A stretch of 64,000 bases of DNA from Isosphaeraceae bacterium (GTDB lineage Bacteria > Planctomycetota > Planctomycetia > Isosphaerales > Isosphaeraceae). Positions 60,936 through 64,000 of the stretch are shown here, piece after piece. Positions within the stretch are counted from its first letter, which is position 1, and each line of letters opens with the position of its first letter. The position numbers and the translations under genes are program-made. The notes beneath the pieces were generated by a model. The model ran no database searches. It saw only the letters and a list, made by a program, of their open reading frames with translations, and was not told the origin of the DNA. The stretch spans positions 1 to 64,000 of the forward strand of contig CBDAVP010000008.1 of the NCBI GenBank assembly GCA_965201075.1. The letters run 5' to 3'.

Positions 60936-62108
60936 TTACCGATTCACCGGTCTGGACCGTTTATTCTGAGCCAGTCGTAGGGAAAGAACTCCCAGAAGTA
61001 GGATCGAGTAGATGAACGGGGCAAAAGCTGCCTCGTAAGTTCGTCCCAATCCAAACCGTTCGAGCGGCTGTTCCGGCAGAATCAAGGTCGCGGCCAGGGC
61101 GAAGGCGCTGACGGTCGTCAACCCCATCCCATCGCCACGGGCCTCCTCGCAAAACCAGGCCAGCGGAAAGGCGAGCAAGACCAGGTCATAAGGCCGATGA
61201 TAGGCGAACGCCACGGCGGCCGACGCGCAAATACCGGCCAACTCGACATCCGACCGCTTCCGCCTCCAGTAAACCACCGTTCCACATCCGGCCAGAACAA
61301 CCAATGACAACCAGGAGCCAGCCACCGAGGCCGAAGGCCACTGGCGAACCAGCAAGCTCGGCAGATCCAGCGCCCCCGCGGCCAACTGGCCCCGCGCCAA
61401 CGCCAGCCACTCGCGGACCAGCCGCGTCGGCCCAATTCCCAGCCAGGCCGAGGTGCCCATCAGCAACGCGAGCTGAACCCCCGAGGCCACCACCAGCGTC
61501 CTCCAACGTCGGCGGGCCAGGGGAATCGCCAGAAACGGCAGCCCCATCGTCGGCTTGATCAGGGCAATCCCCAGCAACACCCCCGCGGCCACCTGTCGGC
61601 CGGTCCGAAGCGCCAGCAAGGCAAGGACAACCAGCAGTGTTGGGATCAGGTGGAACTGCCCGAGCCCCATTCCCCCCCGCACCGGCTTGCTCGCCGTCAG
61701 GGCCAGGCCGAACGCCAACGCAATCCAGACGGGCCAAAAGCCTCCGGCGAACCGGACCAACGCCCAGATTAGGCCCGCCAGGCTCAGGAGATTCAGGACA
61801 AGCCACGACCCCCGCAACGCGGCTCGTGGCAGGGGAGCGATCAACGCCGAGAACACAGGAGGCGCCGAAGGGGGATAAGTCATGTCCGGATCGAGATAAG
61901 GGTCGACGCCCCGAACAAACAAATCGACCTCCTCGGCTCGACGCAGGAGGTCCGCGCTATCATCCAGGGCCTTCACCACCCCCCAGACCAATCCGCCCCC
62001 CGCCAGGACCGTTAGCCCCAGCAGGAGGCACGCGGTCGCGACTCGCCGAAGCCGGCGCAAACCCAGATCCCTGTTAGCATTTCCGGTTCCATCCGGCCCT
62101 CGGCCCAC
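60936..62108 (-). CDS. GT-C glycosyltransferase (family 87 / DUF2029-like)
   Basis: YPP, GQ, KP and YHRPYD motifs in a multi-TM protein; GTG start after GGAGG. Confidence 0.75.
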   Translation of the reverse strand: MGRGPDGTGNANRDLGLRRLRRVATACLLLGLTVLAGGGLVWGVVKALDDSADLLRRAEEVDLFVRGVDPYLDPDMTYPPSAPPVFSALIAPLPRAALRGSWLVLNLLSLAGLIWALVRFAGGFWPVWIALAFGLALTASKPVRGGMGLGQFHLIPTLLVVLALLALRTGRQVAAGVLLGIALIKPTMGLPFLAIPLARRRWRTLVVASGVQLALLMGTSAWLGIGPTRLVREWLALARGQLAAGALDLPSLLVRQWPSASVAGSWLSLVVLAGCGTVVYWRRKRSDVELAGICASAAVAFAYHRPYDLVLLAFPLAWFCEEARGDGMGLTTVSAFALAATLILPEQPLERFGLGRTYEAAFAPFIYSILLLGVLSLRLAQNKRSRPVNR

Positions 62109-62319
62109 GGCCGTTCCTCCCCGATTCCCAACCCGGCGGGGGCGACGCGGGCCCACTCTACTCGCCAATTCCCCTTCGGTCGAGGTCGCCCCAGATCCTC
62201 CGGTCCATTCGCGAGCCGTTCCCCCGTTTGCGGCCGGCGACGGCGCATCGTAGACTACGAAGACCGGGGAAGGCGTTCCCCCGCTGTTCCCCGCGGCTCC
62301 CGTTGATTGACGCCCGACC

Positions 62320-64000
62320 ATGACCCCGCTCGGCACTCATCCCGACCCGTCCACCGGCGACCTCCCGGTCGTCCCGACGACAGGCGATCTGGCGGGGCCG
62401 ACCTCAATGGCTGGGGCGGTCCTGGGAGACTTCCGCGTCGAGCGGCTCCTCGGTCGCGGCGGGATGGGCGAAGTCTACCTCGCTCACCAGATCAGCCTGG
62501 GACGGCCAGTCGCCCTGAAAGTCGTGCGTCCCGACTCCTTCACCGACCGACCTGGCCTCCTCCGGTTCGAAGCCGAGGCCGCCACCGCCGCCCAACTGAA
62601 CCACCCCAACATCGTTCACATCTACGCCGTGGGCGGGCAGGGTCGTGCCCGCTACATTGCGATGGAATACGTCCCCGGGTGGACCCTGCGGGCCTACCTC
62701 GAACGCAAAGGCCAGCCCGACCTTCGTCTGGCTTTCTCCATCATGAGACAGGCGACGCTGGCCGTCGGCGCCGCGGGCGAGGTCGGCCTCGTTCACCGCG
62801 ACATCAAGCCCGAGAACCTGCTTTTGACTCGCAAGGGGGTCGTCAAGGTCGCCGACTTCGGCCTCTGCCGCCCCCAAGGAGCCTCCCGACCCGACACAAC
62901 CCAGGCGGGCCTGGCCGTCGGAACCCCTCAATACATGAGCCCCGAACAGGTCCAGGGCCTACCCCTCGACCACCGCAGCGACCTCTACTCCCTGGGCGTC
63001 ACCTTCTACCAGATGCTCGCCGGGGTCCTCCCCTTCCCCGGCCAGTCCCCCCTGGCCGTGGCCCTCAAGCACGTCCACGAGCAGCCGACCGACCTCGCCG
63101 TCCACCGCCCCGATCTGTCCCCGGAACTCATCCGACTCGTGAAGAAGCTCCTGGCCAAGGATCCCGCCGACCGCCATTCCAACGCCGACGCCCTGCTGGT
63201 CGACCTGGCCAGGGCTCGCGACGCGACGCTCGGCCGGGGCGGGACCGACACCCTGGGCCTCTCAACCCGGGGCGAGCCCTCGGCCTCGGGAACCTTTGGC
63301 CTGTCCCTGGTGCTCGACGACCCGCTCCCGATACTCCGCCCCGTTGTCAGTCATGCCCCCGGTCGCGCCCGGTCCCTTGTTCCCTCGGCGGCGGTTGCCA
63401 TCGCTGGAGGCCTCGTCCTGGGGGTCGTCCTGGGCTGGCTGGGAAGGGGGGAAGACCTTCTTTCCGACGCCTCGGCGGCCTCAACCGGTCCCCCCGGCGC
63501 CTGGATGGCCCCCAACCTGGCCGCCATCCGCCACCGGGGGACCGCCGAAGCTCAATATCGCTTCGCGCAACTGGAAGCCCCGCCGGCCGACCGACTCGCG
63601 GCCTTCCTGGCGATTCCGACGCGATTCCCAGAACAAAAAGACCACGACTGGGTTTTCCTCGCTTACATCCAGGTGGTGCGGCATCTGGTCCGGACCGACG
63701 ATCGCGACCGTCTCGCCGTCCTCGCCGCGGAACTGGCTCGCGACGGTCCCGAGGACGAGCGGTTTCTGGCCAAGGTTGCCCATGCCGGCGTCGCGGCGAT
63801 CAACGGCCAGGCGGCCGAGGTCCACGCGACCCTCGGCCCGTTGACCTCCACCTGCCGGTCGGCCCCCCCCCTGGCCACCTTGGCTCTGGAAGTGACCCGG
63901 CGGGCAATGCGGCCCGAACCGGGAAAGCTCGCCCCCGCGATCGACCTTTCCGGCCTGGCCCGTTCCCTCTCCGAGGACATGCAACTGCCCGCCGCCGCGT
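62320..64000 (+). CDS. Hanks-type Ser/Thr protein kinase with TM helix, 3'-partial
   Basis: LGRGGMGEVY, VALK, HRDIKPEN, VADFGL, GTPQYMSPEQ; TM IAGGLVLGVVLGWL; frame stays open to the window end. Confidence 0.92.
   Translation, partial: MTPLGTHPDPSTGDLPVVPTTGDLAGPTSMAGAVLGDFRVERLLGRGGMGEVYLAHQISLGRPVALKVVRPDSFTDRPGLLRFEAEAATAAQLNHPNIVHIYAVGGQGRARYIAMEYVPGWTLRAYLERKGQPDLRLAFSIMRQATLAVGAAGEVGLVHRDIKPENLLLTRKGVVKVADFGLCRPQGASRPDTTQAGLAVGTPQYMSPEQVQGLPLDHRSDLYSLGVTFYQMLAGVLPFPGQSPLAVALKHVHEQPTDLAVHRPDLSPELIRLVKKLLAKDPADRHSNADALLVDLARARDATLGRGGTDTLGLSTRGEPSASGTFGLSLVLDDPLPILRPVVSHAPGRARSLVPSAAVAIAGGLVLGVVLGWLGRGEDLLSDASAASTGPPGAWMAPNLAAIRHRGTAEAQYRFAQLEAPPADRLAAFLAIPTRFPEQKDHDWVFLAYIQVVRHLVRTDDRDRLAVLAAELARDGPEDERFLAKVAHAGVAAINGQAAEVHATLGPLTSTCRSAPPLATLALEVTRRAMRPEPGKLAPAIDLSGLARSLSEDMQLPAAA

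Overview
GC-rich bacterial chromosomal segment. Gene content (DUF1552 plus DUF1592 cytochrome c pair, FHA/STAS protein, Uma2 protein, Ser/Thr kinase) points to Planctomycetota, probably Isosphaeraceae-like; this is an inference from gene families. Most of the window is housekeeping: serA, xylA, comB, mutL, aroDE-aroK, hisH, sixA, an A-type Fe-S carrier, LysR-gltBD, cheR-cheB and efflux pumps. The standout is a minus-strand, eukaryote-like ubiquitination locus at 3.6-7.9 kb. It encodes a ubiquitin-like protein ending in Gly, an HPN-motif E2, a secreted DUF3472-like insert, an E1 with a predicted C-terminal ubiquitin-fold domain, and a membrane-anchored Rpn11-like JAB peptidase. A membrane-anchored RING-finger protein (candidate E3) lies about 5 kb upstream on the same strand. 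Other notable items: a TetR / Met-rich pentapeptide-repeat lipoprotein / MsrPQ-like oxidative-stress module with a visible promoter and operator; a diverged ~390 bp direct repeat around an inserted block upstream of serA; a 34 bp inverted repeat around an orphan ORF; an IS701-like remnant; and a cluster of single-base frameshifts at 42-48 kb, including one in mutL, that may be assembly errors. No rRNA, tRNA or CRISPR array was seen. All family assignments come from recognising motifs by eye, not from database searches.
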